The notes: a model not told the origin generated them from the letters alone. A DNA stretch of 64,000 bases from Octopus bimaculoides (GCF_001194135.2 NC_068990.1:34080239-34144238); one strand, 5' to 3'. Positions 49,475 through 61,819 are shown, counted from the stretch's first letter. Program-made: numbers and translations.

Positions 49475-50180
49475 ACTCTTTAGCCTTTAAACTGGCCATA
49501 TCCTGCCAAAAAATATTCTAGCTATTTTATATTCAAGTTGGCCATATCCAGCCTCTCACACCTACCCTACAATATCATTCTAAAAATAAACAATCAAACG
49601 CCATTGTCAAAATCTCGAAGCCACAAAATAATGTATGATTAATTCAAAACACAGTTCTATATTCAAGAGATGAGGAATTATGTTCATTATTTACATTAGA
49701 CGGATATTTGTCATCATCTTGCTTGTTGTTAACACATTTCAGCTGATATACACTCCAGCCTTCATCAGGTGTCTTGGGGAAATTTCGAACCTGGGTTTTC
49801 ATTCCTAAGGTATTTTTCGATGTTATTATTATTATTATTATTATTATTCAGGTCACTGCCTGGGATCGAACTCGGAATCTTGGGGATAATAGCCCATGGT
49901 TAAGAGCAGGGGCTACTAACCCCAAGATTCCGAGTTCGATCCCAAGCAGTGATCGGAATAATAATAATAATAATAATAACATCGAAAAATACCTTAGGAA
50001 TGCGAACCCCAGTTCAAAATTTCCCCAAGACACCTGAAGAAGGCTGCAGGGTGTATCAGCCAAAATGTGTTAACAATAAACATGAGGGCAAATCTCCGTC
50101 AAATGTAAATAATGTAATTCCAAACTGTGTTGAAAAATAGGCATTCCATTTGGCAGAGTAATCTGAATGCTGAAGGGCTG
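49475..50180. mobile_element. piggyBac-type MITE (P1) split by the palindromic insertion
   Basis: 49475-49650 aligns to the reverse complement of 35457-35675. The missing end resumes at ~50132 (AAATAGGCATT...GAGTAATCTGAATGCTGAAGGG). Confidence 0.7.
49650..50131. mobile_element. head-to-head palindrome of a tRNA-headed element with a Penelope-like tail
   Basis: The arms (~49650-49895 and ~49909-50131) are reverse complements. Each has a B-box GAGTTCGATCCC, (TAA)n and a CTGA[T/A]GA-A-GGCTG-N10-CAGC[C/T]-[G/A]AAA motif. Confidence 0.85.
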
Positions 50181-50311
50181 ATGATTTGTAACATTGCCAC
50201 AAGCCACATATTTGTAAAGGAGAATATAATCGATTGCATTGATCCCAGTATATAAATGGCAATTATTTTATTGACTCCAGAATAATAAAAGAAAAGATAA
50301 AATCCTTGTAG

Positions 50312-50348
50312 ACTTTGAACTTAAGAATCTGCTTCAGATAATGAATAA
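50312..50348 (+). CDS. candidate small exon ([D]FELKNLLQIMN-)
   Basis: aatccttgtag acceptor, AA|gtaagt donor, open frame; no homology recognised. Confidence 0.2.
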
Positions 50349-50485
50349 GTAAGTTGTGTGTGGTTTCAAGAAATTTCATTAAAAAATGGAATGGCCAACA
50401 CCAATTAGTGGGGGTTGTCTGTCAACAAGGCGGTGAAGGTACCAGGGAGGCCTGACTTGGTGGTTCATGCCAGTGGGAATGGTAA

Positions 50486-50534
<49 letters not shown>

Positions 50535-50619
50535 CGGAGAAATAGAACAAGAGCAAGAGGCATATCTGATAGCTTAATGAGTAGAAAAAATTGTATTTCT
50601 GATTGAAATATATTTTCAA

Positions 50620-50900
50620 TAGATACCCGCAATCCTTCTCGTCTTAAAATCCATTAACATATTTTTATGCGAGAGAGGGGGGGGGAGAAGAAAAGGGGGA
50701 GAAGGCATAAACAGGCGGTGAGGGTGTGTTAGCTTTCATAATGTAGCAATAATAACAATAATAATTATTTTATCGACTGAAGAGAGAAAATCCTCACCAA
50801 CGTCACAACTAAACAGAATGCAGTAGCAAGTGAGTTACCTCCCTTCGATAGATATATCTATTTGCGGCATTTTCTAGCAAATCAGATTAAGCAATTTAAA
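50620..50900. promoter_or_regulatory. possible regulatory region (local CpG, G-runs, GAGTTACCTCCCTT motif)
   Basis: The motif at 50832-50845 recurs inverted at 63159-63172; function is inferred only. Confidence 0.25.
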
Positions 50901-51899
50901 ATAAAAACAACGTGAAAGGCCAAAAAGCATAGATTCTCTTAGTATTGATTGCAATTACTGCAGTGGGTACTATAGTGAGTTTTGGTATTTTCTAGTAATT
51001 GAGATATGAAAACCAAGTAGCAATTTATTGCTACTGACAAGAACAACTCACTTTAAATTAATGCCTGGCCAAAATCTGTCTATTTCACATAGAGGTAGGC
51101 ATCTATTAAACTGACAATTGATAAATCTAGAAGAATTTAAAATTAATTTCTTTGTTTCCCAAGTAGTTTTCCCAGTTTATGCAAAGTGTTCGATTTTCTT
51201 GGTTGTAAACAAACACTTCATAATGCCATGTCAGAGCTATTACAGACTGACAACTAGTTAGTTAGCCAATGGCTATGCTGATGACAGATAAGATGATGGT
51301 GGTTTAATTATTCACTCAATTACTTATGGGAAACAGACAGGAAAGAAAAATAGATTTAACAACAGAAATTACCATAAATATCATTAATTTTTGAATATTG
51401 AATTCTCTGTGGAGATCTGGCAAAGATGGATATGGAATAATTGCTACTTGTCAGTTGATCTCTTAAGTTCTCTCAGCATAGTCCTCTGTTCCAAGTCTTC
51501 TATGTTTCAACACAAAAATAACTACCATCCTTTATACACTGCATTTCATACAAATTTCTCAATCTAGGTTCCCTGAATATCTATATCTGATATTTTTCTT
51601 TAATTTTTTTTTTTTTTTTGCATCTTTGTATCTTAGCTGAGCAAAATACTAAACATTTTTCATTTCAACATTTGTTTTTTTTTCTGAGATCTAATGAAAA
51701 CCTCAAATGACTTTCCCTACCTCTTTGCAAACAAAGAAGCATCTATGTGGTTATCTAATCAACAAGAAATAGCAGCCAAATCCTGCTCAACTCACATCCC
51801 ATATAGTTTACGAGAAAGAAAGAAAAAACAAAAGGATACATTAGATAATGTAGTCCAAGGTACACAATGCATAGAATGAGTGGGGGGAAGCACATGACC

Positions 51900-52620
51900 A
51901 TGGCTGGAATAGCTTTGATTAAAGGTCCATTCAATCAAGACCGATATGTAACTAAACAGCAGCAACTTACAATATATCAATTAGCCAGAAAGAATAGCTA
52001 TGTAGTAATAAAACAAGCAGCTAAACATCATACAAAAACCATTTTATTATCTTTGAAATAAAAACCAATAACTTGAGATGATAAACCTAAGAACACTTCC
52101 CAGATGCAGAAGGCAATGTCACAATTACAACTTTAAAGACATTAACACTGATCAACTCTATATACTCTATACGAAAGAGAGTACATTGTCATTCAATCTT
52201 CTGTTTGTGAATTCATTGTAGTTCCCCAACAATAGAAACTAGACAGTGTAATCAATAAATTGCTATTGAACCTTAATAAGTATTTGTTTTTTTCCAATTA
52301 CCTCACTTCTACATAAAACTCTACCATTTGATATATAAAACAAACAACTACTATTTCCCATTGAGTTAATGTATTTTAACTAAACAATTTCCTAAATAGG
52401 TGTTAATGACTGTCCTGAAGCAGATAAAGATGGTGTGAAAACTTCTCTGATCATGAAAACATCAAAGCAATGGACCTGGTGATTTTAGTGACTATACCTA
52501 GCTCTCGCATAACAAATTCTTCAAACTCTTTCTCTACACAGGAATATAAACTAAGTCTTTACAAACATAACCCCGACCCACCCACTGGCATTCCATTCTA
52601 AGAATATTCCTACCAACAAC
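51900..52620 (+). mobile_element. Penelope-like RT-region relic, heavily decayed
   Basis: YVTKQQQLTIYQLARKNSYVVIKQAAK resembles the Penelope NL(S/T)K.E..AL..L..N..I.IK.ADKG motif. LSLYKHNP later resembles T.LYRKP. Confidence 0.45.
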
Positions 52621-54363
52621 TAAACGTCCAAAATTTCAAAAGAGTGACAGAAAATATTGTAATAATCATCTTCCACACCTTAAATCTCTCTCATTTACAA
52701 ATATATATATATATATNNNNNNNNNNNNNNNNNNNNNNNNNNNNNNNNNNNNNNNNNNNNNNNNNNNNNNNNNNNNNNNNNNNNNNNNNNNNNNNNNNNN
52801 NNNNNNNNNNNNNNNNATATATTAATCATAATTAAGGATAAAATCTACGTAGGACTTTATAAAGTAGCTTTAATCCTGTGTCTATATGATAAATAATGTA
52901 GTTTTAGTGCTATGTGGTGCTACTCCGTAGTTGCCCTTATTATAATTATATACATATATATATGTATGTAAGCACATACATATACATATATATACATATA
53001 TATATACACACATAATATATATAAAAGCATAAACAGAACAATCAGAAAACACACACTGAATGTCACCAAATCCTCGTCAGTTATTGTCCAAAGGATTCCA
53101 TCAGGTGTGAAATTCTTGCAATCCTCTGGATGATAACTGAAGAGGATTTTGCAAGATTCTCTGTGTGTGTTTTCAGTCTGCTCCACTTGTTTGTACTTAC
53201 ATCTTTTATGTGTGTTTTTTGCACACATTATTGAATGTAACACCATGCACCATCTTATTTTATCAACATTCTGTAAATTTATATATTTATATATACATAT
53301 ATTATATATAGAGAGAGTGAGAGGTGGAAGGGAGAGATAGATAGATAGAGAGAGAGAGAGAGCTCAGAAATTCCTTAGAGCAACATCTACTGTACAGCTG
53401 CTTTCTTTTACCAAACATCAGTGAATTTTCACCCTTGAGGCTCTGACAAAAGCAATATTGTTGTTGGCCTTTACACCTGTAAATTCTTCAGGCATAACTT
53501 GCATGAAGTTCAAAGTTAAATTGTCCCTTTGTAATCTCCTGCAATTTGTTTCTTGTTTGAGATGTTTGCAGTCAAACTGCACCAGATCTACACTGTCATT
53601 GCAAAGAGGTACCTTCTCAACATCCTTCATTCCAGTTTCTTTCAAAGTCACAATCGCTACCAAGAAAAGTCTTTTACTGGATAGTAGTGAAGTGAGAACA
53701 ATTTGTGCTGTTGCATTAAAAGATCATTAAGTTTTGTTTATATATGTAGCGATCATGTAATTGTTGGCTTACCACATTAATTAGTTGCAAATGGTTAAAA
53801 TTGGGATAGTTATTGAGCCCTGTATCATGATTAGTTAAATGTTGCACAGGAATTACATTGATAGTCCAATCACGTTTCGTGTAACATATTTTAAGCTACA
53901 ATTTCTGTATATGTTCTGGAGCCCACCTTTCTCTATAAATTGGTTCAACAAACATTCCATCATATAGGGAGGTGACAGCAGTCATTGAAGTGAGTTGCAG
54001 GAACCAGATGTACAGAGAAGAAGCAACACACAACAAAGTCATGACCAATGATGCGTCTGGCTTAATTACTAAGATGATGGAGAAACAACAACCCTTTAGA
54101 ACTTGTTAATGTTTACATTGTGTCCAAACTATTGTGCAAATTTTACAAAGGAATAAAGACTCAATGTTTATTTTCAAGATGGTCTTTTTTTATTCATTCA
54201 TACTCATTGGACACTAATACAATATTGAACAATGAGCTACATGCTCCCTTCATAAAAGTAGTTTACTACAGCTCCTCAGCATATGAGCAACACACATTTG
54301 TTCCAACAACTGTTTAGTCTCAAAATTTCTGATGGTCTCTCCTACTAACCACTCTGCCTAAAT

Positions 54364-54538
54364 CAGGGATCCTCAAACTTTATATACCATTGACCCCTTC
54401 ATGGAATCCTTGACCCCTCATCGATCCTCAGGCATGTACAAGAAAAAAAAAATTATAATAATTACTAAGTAGATGTGCATGTATTGAATAGTCCCATCAA
54501 CCCTCAGGAATCAATATTGACCACTTTGGAGACCTCTG
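54364..54538. mobile_element. hAT (Charlie-like) MITE with a perfect 8-bp TSD
   Basis: GCCTAAAT|CAGGGATCCTCAAA ... TTTGGAGACCTCTG|GCCTAAAT. Confidence 0.9.
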
Positions 54539-54822
54539 GCCTAAATTATACCCCCAAAATTAAGCTTCTTTATCAGGGCCAGAAAAGCAGAAGTATGATC
54601 CATATTAACAAACTGCTCACATCAGGTATATTACTGCTACTGTTACAAAAAACTATAACACTTCTAAAAGAAAGCTAATAGACCAATTGAGAGAGATTCA
54701 GACACCATCCCATGATAACCACTATCTGTCTATTACTACTACAACCAGTAAGCTGTTTAAGCACCAACACTCAAGCTCACCATACAGCCTCACCTCATCT
54801 TGCCAACAGTACCTAACATGCC

Positions 54823-55233
54823 CAGAGCTGGGTTAACCATTAAGCAAAATAGCATGTGTTTAGGGTGTCAAGGGAAGCAGGGCACTACAGAAGTGGTAAA
54901 TGGTTTACAACACAAAAGAAATCGCTTTAAACTTGATCGTATAATATTGGAAATGGTTTATATTCTAAGTGGTTTATAGGATTGGAAATATAATTTTGAA
55001 GTGTTCATAGTATCATAGTGAGGATTTGATCAAAGACTTAAAGACTAAAAAAAACGTAGAAAATTTTCAAATATAGGTAAAGTGGAAGTAAACAAAAATA
55101 AACATTTTCCATTTTACTGTTAGTTTTGTTCCATTTTGAAAAATAAGAATAAATATAATTTTGAATTACATATATAAGGGGCCACCAAAATCTTTAAGTG
55201 CTTAGGGCCTTTATGAGTCTTAATCCAGCCCTG
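54823..55233. mobile_element. hAT-type MITE
   Basis: TIRs CAGAGCTGGGTTAAC / CTTAATCCAGCCCTG; decayed 8-bp flanks AACATGCC / CACATATC (5/8 match). Confidence 0.7.
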
Positions 55234-55474
55234 CACATATCAGAAGGCTACTTTAAACACCTACTTATCCCTCTGAAACTTATTCTATTTTCTCAACAGG
55301 CATTATGTATAAAGGTTCAAAGTGGACCTTGAAAGTCACCAAAATTCACTAATATAGGAGGGCAACCTTTGACCAATCTCTTGCATCATCTATAAAATTC
55401 CTTTGGGATTCATTATAATTGGGTGTTATGGTTAGTAATGTCATCACCCAATGCAAAAATAGTTTCAATACAGA

Positions 55475-55955
55475 TATTGAACGTTGGGCCTCATGGAGGC
55501 AAAGTGGCTGAATTGCTTTCGAGTGTTGGACCTCACGGTGGTGAGGTGGCTAAGTTACTTTCAAGTGAGCCTCACAAGGGTAAGGTGGCTGAGTTCCTTT
55601 CAAGTGTTGGGCCTCATGGAGGCAAAGTGGCCGAGTTCCTTTTGAGTGTTGGGCTTCATGGAGGCAATGACCAAGGCCTTTGGTCTTATGTCATACTTAA
55701 GACATCAAGCTGAACAAAATTGCAGTCATGGCAGATACTGGTGTCACGCAAATGGCACGCATGCTGGTGGCATGTAAAAGCACCTGTTAGAGTGTCGGAG
55801 TAGTTGGCATTAGGAAGGGCATCCAGCCATAGAAAACCATGGCAAATCAGACTGGAGCCTGGCACAGCCTTCCAGTGTGCCAGCCCAGTCAAACTGTCCA
55901 GCCCATGCCGAAGATGGACAACGGATGTTAAATGATGTTGATGATGATGATGATA
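55475..55955 (+). mobile_element. RTE 3' end with a tandemly amplified ORF-end unit
   Basis: TTGGGCCTCA[C/T]GGAGGCA (LGLTEA in the RTE frame) is repeated, then the standard UTR and GAT tail. Confidence 0.85.
55483..55667 (+). repeat. 42-bp tandem repeat (42, 42, 39, 42 bp and a partial unit)
   Basis: Units start at 55483, 55525, 55567, 55606 and 55648. Confidence 0.95.
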
Positions 55956-56029
55956 TTTATATTTGAAAAAAAAAAAGAAAACTAAAAAAGAATATCTTAT
56001 TTATTCTGCTATAATATCTTATTTGTTAT

Positions 56030-56300
56030 CTTTTACTTCTTTCACTGGGCTAAGGTCATGTTAGCCTTGAAGGATTTGGTCAAAGCATTTGAGCCAGTAC
56101 CTATTTTTCAGTCTGGTACTTATTCTATTGGACTCTTTTGCCAAACCACAAAGTTATGGGGATGTAAACAAACCAACGCCTGTTGTCAAGTAGTGGTGGG
56201 AGAGAAACACACATGCACGCATACATATACAACAGGCTTGCATACAGTTTTTAGCTACAAAATTCACTCACAAGACTTTGGTCAGCTTGGAGCTACATCA
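56030..56300 (-). mobile_element. SINE family A, decayed
   Basis: GGTACTTATTCTATTGG...GTTGTCAAG..GTGGTG and CACTCACAAGACTTTGGTCAGC modules. Confidence 0.7.
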
Positions 56301-58155
56301 AAAGACATTACATTGACAGTCGTTGATAAAAGCTTTGCAGTCCTTATAACCTTTTTAAGTTTGAACACATTTTTGGTGGTGGTCCTACTTTTGCATTCCA
56401 ATTACCATAAGAATAATTAATATCATCATAAACAATTTTACGTCAGTTCTTTACTGCATGCTCTCAATGAACCTCAAATATTGCTTCACTTCAAAAACAA
56501 AACAAACAAAAAAAAAGAAAGAGGCTTCACTACAATTTCATCAATCACTTTCTGATTCAAACCTAACAACCTTTTTCCAAAGCAATGTCACAGAAATTTA
56601 CTTTCGTAACAGTTCAATGTCATTTCAATTTAAAAAAATTAAAATCAATAAAATTCAATCTTTGGTACTTTAAAAAAAAAAAACAGATAAGTTTTTCAAT
56701 AAAGAATAAAAGATAAGACTAAAATTGCTTTTAGTTTCGATGTTATATTAATTAAGCCACAAATCTGATCTTATGTGCATTTGGTATTTCTTTTTTTTTT
56801 TTTCTTTTTATTGGAAAAATTGATAAATAAGCATATGAATCTCTTTGAAATTAGTGAAAGCACTCATTGCTATACTTAGTTCTACTCATTAGTGTAAATA
56901 GTAAAGGTTCATAAATTTTACTTTATTTTAGGTAACATCATTTGAAAAACAGGGGAAAAAAATAACATGTAAATGCAAATTCTTTGAAAATTTATGTCAA
57001 TTTTACAGCAGTATTTTGGATTAGTCAGTTCAAGGAAGCTACCTGCAATGCTTTACTTTTCTTTGAAAGAAAGGTAAAAAAAAAAAAAAAAAAAAGCAAA
57101 TTGCTCCCAAATTTCTGAGAGCAATGTTGGTAAATTGTGTAGAAAAGAAATTGGTAAACAGGATCCTTATCCAATTTATCGTTGGAGATCATACACTCAA
57201 ATACAAGCATGTAATGCACATATCTACATGTGCATAGATATGTATACAAATATGCATAGATACAAATATATATATGTATATATCTATCTCTCTATATATC
57301 TATCTATCTATATATATATTTTTATATATAACGTTGACCACTAAGGTGGACATTTAATGTGCTAGAAATAGATCACATCTAGCNNNNNNNNNNNNNNNNN
57401 NNNNNNNNNNNNNNNNNNNNNNNNNNNNNNNNNNNNNNNNNNNNNNNNNNNNNNNNNNNNNNNNNNNNNNNNNNNNNNNNNNNNNNNNNNNNNNNNNNNN
57501 NNNNNNNNNNNNNNNNNNNNNNNNNNNNNNNNNNNNNNNNNNNNNNNNNNNNNNNNNNNNNNNNNNNNNNNNNNNNNNNNNNNNNNNNNNNNNNNNNNNN
57601 NNNNNNNNNNNNNNNNNNNNNNNNNNNNNNNNNNNNNNNNNNNNNNNNNNNNNNNNNNNNNNNNNNNNNNNNNNNNNNNNNNNNNNNNNNNNNNNNNNNN
57701 NNNNNNNNNNNNNNNNNNNNNNNNNNNNNNNNNNNNNNNNNNNNNNNNNNNNNNNNNNNNNNNNNNNNNNNNNNNNNNNNNNNNNNNNNNNNNNNNNNNN
57801 NNNNNNNNNNNNNNNNNNNNNNNNNNNNNNNNNNNNNNNNNNNNNNNNATATATATATATATATAGGAAGAGGGGGAGGATAGTGCAGGTAGATTCTTCA
57901 GGCACTTCCTCCATGAAGTCTTATCAAAAACAACCATCATTAGATTTTCTGGCTGTGTTTCAAGCATGACCAACTGAGTCTATGGATATTATCCAGCCTG
58001 CTTGTTACCCTGTCGAGTAATGTGATTTCAGAGACATCTCACAGGAAACCCATTTCAGTCAATGCTATTTGCAATCTTACTCCTTCAGGCATGAAAACCA
58101 AACTGATGATAGCGAGTTTGGCATTTTTTGCCAACCTCCACTCTCTGAGGATTGA

Positions 58156-58488
58156 ATGCTGAAGCTGGTTTATTATTGTGCCAGTACTTGTAATTTTAGC
58201 ATCCATATATATACAGATTATTATATATACACATCGTGTCCCTTATATGGAGGCTGTAATATAACAAATCATATTGAACATTTATATGACAGCCACTTAA
58301 GCACCGGTACCCCACAAGTGGGGCATCACTTCAATTCAGCTTTACAAACTATTTTGCATCTCTCAGCCTGTGATAATATTTCAGAATATGGTTCCCTTGA
58401 TTCTTGCTTTCAAAAGGAACAACACCTCCTCTACCACCTCAGCTGCTGTTTCCTTTCATTTATAACAAGTATGGTCACAATAACATGA
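58156..58488 (+). pseudogene. Penelope-type GIY-YIG endonuclease relic
   Basis: LVYYCAST...EHLYDSHLSTGTPQVGHHFNS...HLS.C......SLDSCFQKEQHLLYHL matches the Penelope EN C-terminal pattern EH...I......V..HFN...H...L.V.......R..KEQ.LI..L. Confidence 0.6.
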
Positions 58489-58708
58489 CAGCATCCAACC
58501 ACTTTCCATCCTCACACATTCACCCATATTGTAATTTACCAATCCTATACACACATACACGTCTAACAGACCATATATACTATCCTATGTATCTGTACAT
58601 CCATATAAATTTCACAAATTACACATTCACTGTCACACATGCCATCCTATCCGATTCACATTCATATGCACCTACAAACACATTGGAACAAACATTATCA
58701 CACCTTAA

Positions 58709-58949
58709 GCCATTAGCATGCAAACCATATATTCTACCTTTGTTGTGTTCAAACCAACCAGATCCAGCCTCTTACACCTACCTTACAATGTCATTCTAAA
58801 AAAATAAACAATTATATCATTGAAAACTTGAAGCTATTAGATAATGCGTGACTAATTCAAACAAGGTGAATAAATAAGTATTGCATTTGATTAAATATTA
58901 CATTTGAATGAATACGAATTACATTCAGAGTAATCTGAATGCTAATTGG
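58709..58949. mobile_element. piggyBac-type MITE (P1), decayed
   Basis: Aligns to 49475-49650 and to the reverse complement of 35457-35675; TTAA on the left, TCAA on the right. Confidence 0.65.
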
Positions 58950-59305
58950 TCAAACATTCAAACACAACTCCAACACAATCCTTTCACAAATTTCTCCACA
59001 CCATAACACCATCATACACACACATACATTACACATAAGTACTCCACTTTTACCACACACTTAGCCTACACATCCATGCTACCACATTACTGTTGTGATT
59101 TTATATAATTAGATTGTAGAAAGGCTTTCTGATGTATTTTATAGTTGTCGGATACAGCCGTTTGATTACTTAAAATAGCCATAGAATTTGAACCCGTTTC
59201 ATATGACTGTGCATTTAAATTATAATAAAGTGTTATTAGAATATCAAATAGACAATAAAAATGAGTGAATTCAATATTAATCAGGTGAATATTTTGGTTC
59301 ATTAA

Positions 59306-59516
59306 GGCAGTGAGCTGGCAGAAGTGTTAGCATGTCGAGTGAAATGCGTAGTGGTATTTCATCTGTCTTTACGTTCTGAGTTCAAATTCCGCTGAGGTTG
59401 ACTTTGCTTTTCATCCTTTCGGGATTGATAAATTAAGTACCATTTACATACTGTGGTCGATTTAATCGACTGGCCCCTCCCCCAAAATTTCAGGCCTTGT
59501 ACCTAGAGTAGAAAAG
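59306..59516 (+). mobile_element. SINE family B, full length
   Basis: GGCAGTGAGCTGGCAGAAG..TTAGC...GAGTTCAAATTCC B-box...TAGAGTAGAAAAG. Confidence 0.9.
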
Positions 59517-60118
59517 TGTTCTTCCTTGGTGCACACTGGCAACAGCATGGCTAAGTTTATGCTGTAACACAAGATGGAAAACCAAAGTGATCAAGGTCCA
59601 GTTATATAACCACAAGAGTACCACTTTTTAGCATGCAAGCCCTGAAAGCTGTGTGGCCAATTCAAAGAAAGTTTTGGCAAAAGTGCCGATAATTTTTGAC
59701 TTCTCCTAGTACGTAGATGCATTTTCATTCTTAGCATGATGCAACACGCTGCAAGTATGACTGTTGTACACCTTCCTAATCATAAGTTCCTTGTCACACA
59801 ATAAATGTTATTTAATCTCTACACTAATGAAAACATTACACATTCAATTATACCTCACTAGACACATTCATACACACAGACACTGGAATCATGATCTCTC
59901 CAAAACCCTTTTCACTTTCCCTCCCTTTCCAGTTCTCTTTCTCAGTTGTCTCTCTTTTCCATGATTCTCTCCACCCCTTCTTGTTTTTTTCCCTTTTTCT
60001 CACTTGCCCTGTTTATTCGATTTCTTCCTTTTTCTCTCCACCCCTTTTCTGACACTCACTGTCACCTGGTCATTCTATTCCACTTCCCAGCTTTCATTCT
60101 TCTATAGAACTACCATGT

Positions 60119-60503
60119 GGAGGCGGAATGCCCCAGTGGTTAGGGCAGTGGACTCGCGGTCATAGGATCGCGGTTTCGATTCCCAGACCGGGTGTTGTGA
60201 GTGTTTATTGAGTGAAAACACCTAAAAGCTCCAAGTGGCTCCGGCAGGGGATGGTGGCGAACCCTGCTGTACTCTTTCACCACAACTTTCTCTCACTCTT
60301 TCTTCCTGCTTCTGTTGTGCTTGTAATTCAAAGGGTCAGCCTTGTCACACTCTGTGTCACACTGAACATCCCCGAGAACTACGTTAAAGGGTACACGTGT
60401 CTGTGGAGTGCTGAGCCATTTGCACGTTAATTTCACGAGCAGGCTGTTCCGTTAATCGGATCAACTGGAACCCGCAATGTTGTAAGCGATGGAGTGCCAC
60501 AAA
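60119..60503 (+). mobile_element. SINE family C, full length
   Basis: Colinear with 4384-4764. Confidence 0.92.
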
Positions 60504-61384
60504 AAGCAAGAGAGAACTACCATGTAAACAAACATCTTGAATTTGGTATCATATACATCTTTCTATCTCTTGCCCTACATAATTCTTTTTCTCCTCTTCA
60601 ATAAAGGGTATCACCCAAAACATTATGTTTCCTTCAGTTCCTTTCTTTAGCATACTTGTCTTCATTGCACACTTCTTCAATAGTGGTCATTTTCAGTTTA
60701 TAATTCAACTCTTTTTCAATTAAGTGCTTTCACTTCTCTGGCTCTACATATTATTTCTTTGTCTCCTGTTTCCCTCATAATCAACCAAAGTATATTAAGC
60801 TAAAGTAGTTTATAGTTTAAAATACCCTGTATAAATTATTAACAATGACAAAATCAAGCGCTTATGATATTGTTTCAATCTATTCTGTCTGTTTTTAAAG
60901 TTATGAATTCAAGACTGTAACAATTCAGCTACCATACTTCACTTTTAGAAAATAGGTGTGGAATCTTGACTCAAAATAGAATATCTTCAAACTGAAATCA
61001 TTTCAGAAATGGAATGATTGAAAAGCACAGAAAATTTATTGTTAAAATTAATCAAATAGTCTACAATATTTGGGATTGTTCTCTAAGTCTGTAGTCTATA
61101 TTTAAATGTTCCATCCTATATTATTTGAGATTCTACAGCAAACAACAAAATTACTTTTATTTCAAACATTTTGCTTCATATCACATTTAAGCACTGGAAT
61201 GGTTAAAATAAGAAGTTCTACATTGAAAATTAGAAATCCATTGCATTGTAAGAATCTTAACAAGTTTCTTAGTATTCCAATCATTTATGATAAGTAAATA
61301 AAATTCAGAATGCCACTTTTTTATATATTATTATCATTATTATTATCATCATTATTATTATTATTACCATTATTATTATTATTG

Positions 61385-61555
61385 GACAAATGCTTAGCAG
61401 TATTTTGTCTTTATGTTCTAAGTTCAAATTCTGCCAAGGTCAACTTTACCCTTTTGGGATCAAAAAGATAAGTACCAGTCAAGCACAGGAGTTGATGTAA
61501 TTGACTAGCACCCTCCTTTAAAATTTCAGGGCTCTGTGCCTATAGCAGAAAGAAT
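61385..61555 (+). mobile_element. SINE family B, decayed
   Basis: AAATGCTTAGCAGTATTT...GTTCAAATTCTGCC...AAGTACCAGT. Confidence 0.75.
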
Positions 61556-61819
61556 TATTATTATTGAGTGGAAAGAGCATACCATCAAAGTGACATTGGG
61601 TTACAAATTTATGAAGCCCAATGTACCCACCATGACTACCCATTTGATAAGGGTACACCCATTACAACCATAGGGGTGCGACATGGTGATCTCATATCAA
61701 GACAAACAGCACATGACCTTGCAGGTCGGGCCTAGTTAGAATTTTCTTTGAGTAGCTCACCCCACTCAAAAAGTCCCTGAACGATGGTTGTTTAAGGATG
61801 ATAAATGAAACATCTATGT

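Noticed and set aside
55483-55667. CRISPR-like regular array
   Set aside because: The units are contiguous with no unique spacers, there are no cas genes, and the context is a eukaryotic RTE tail.
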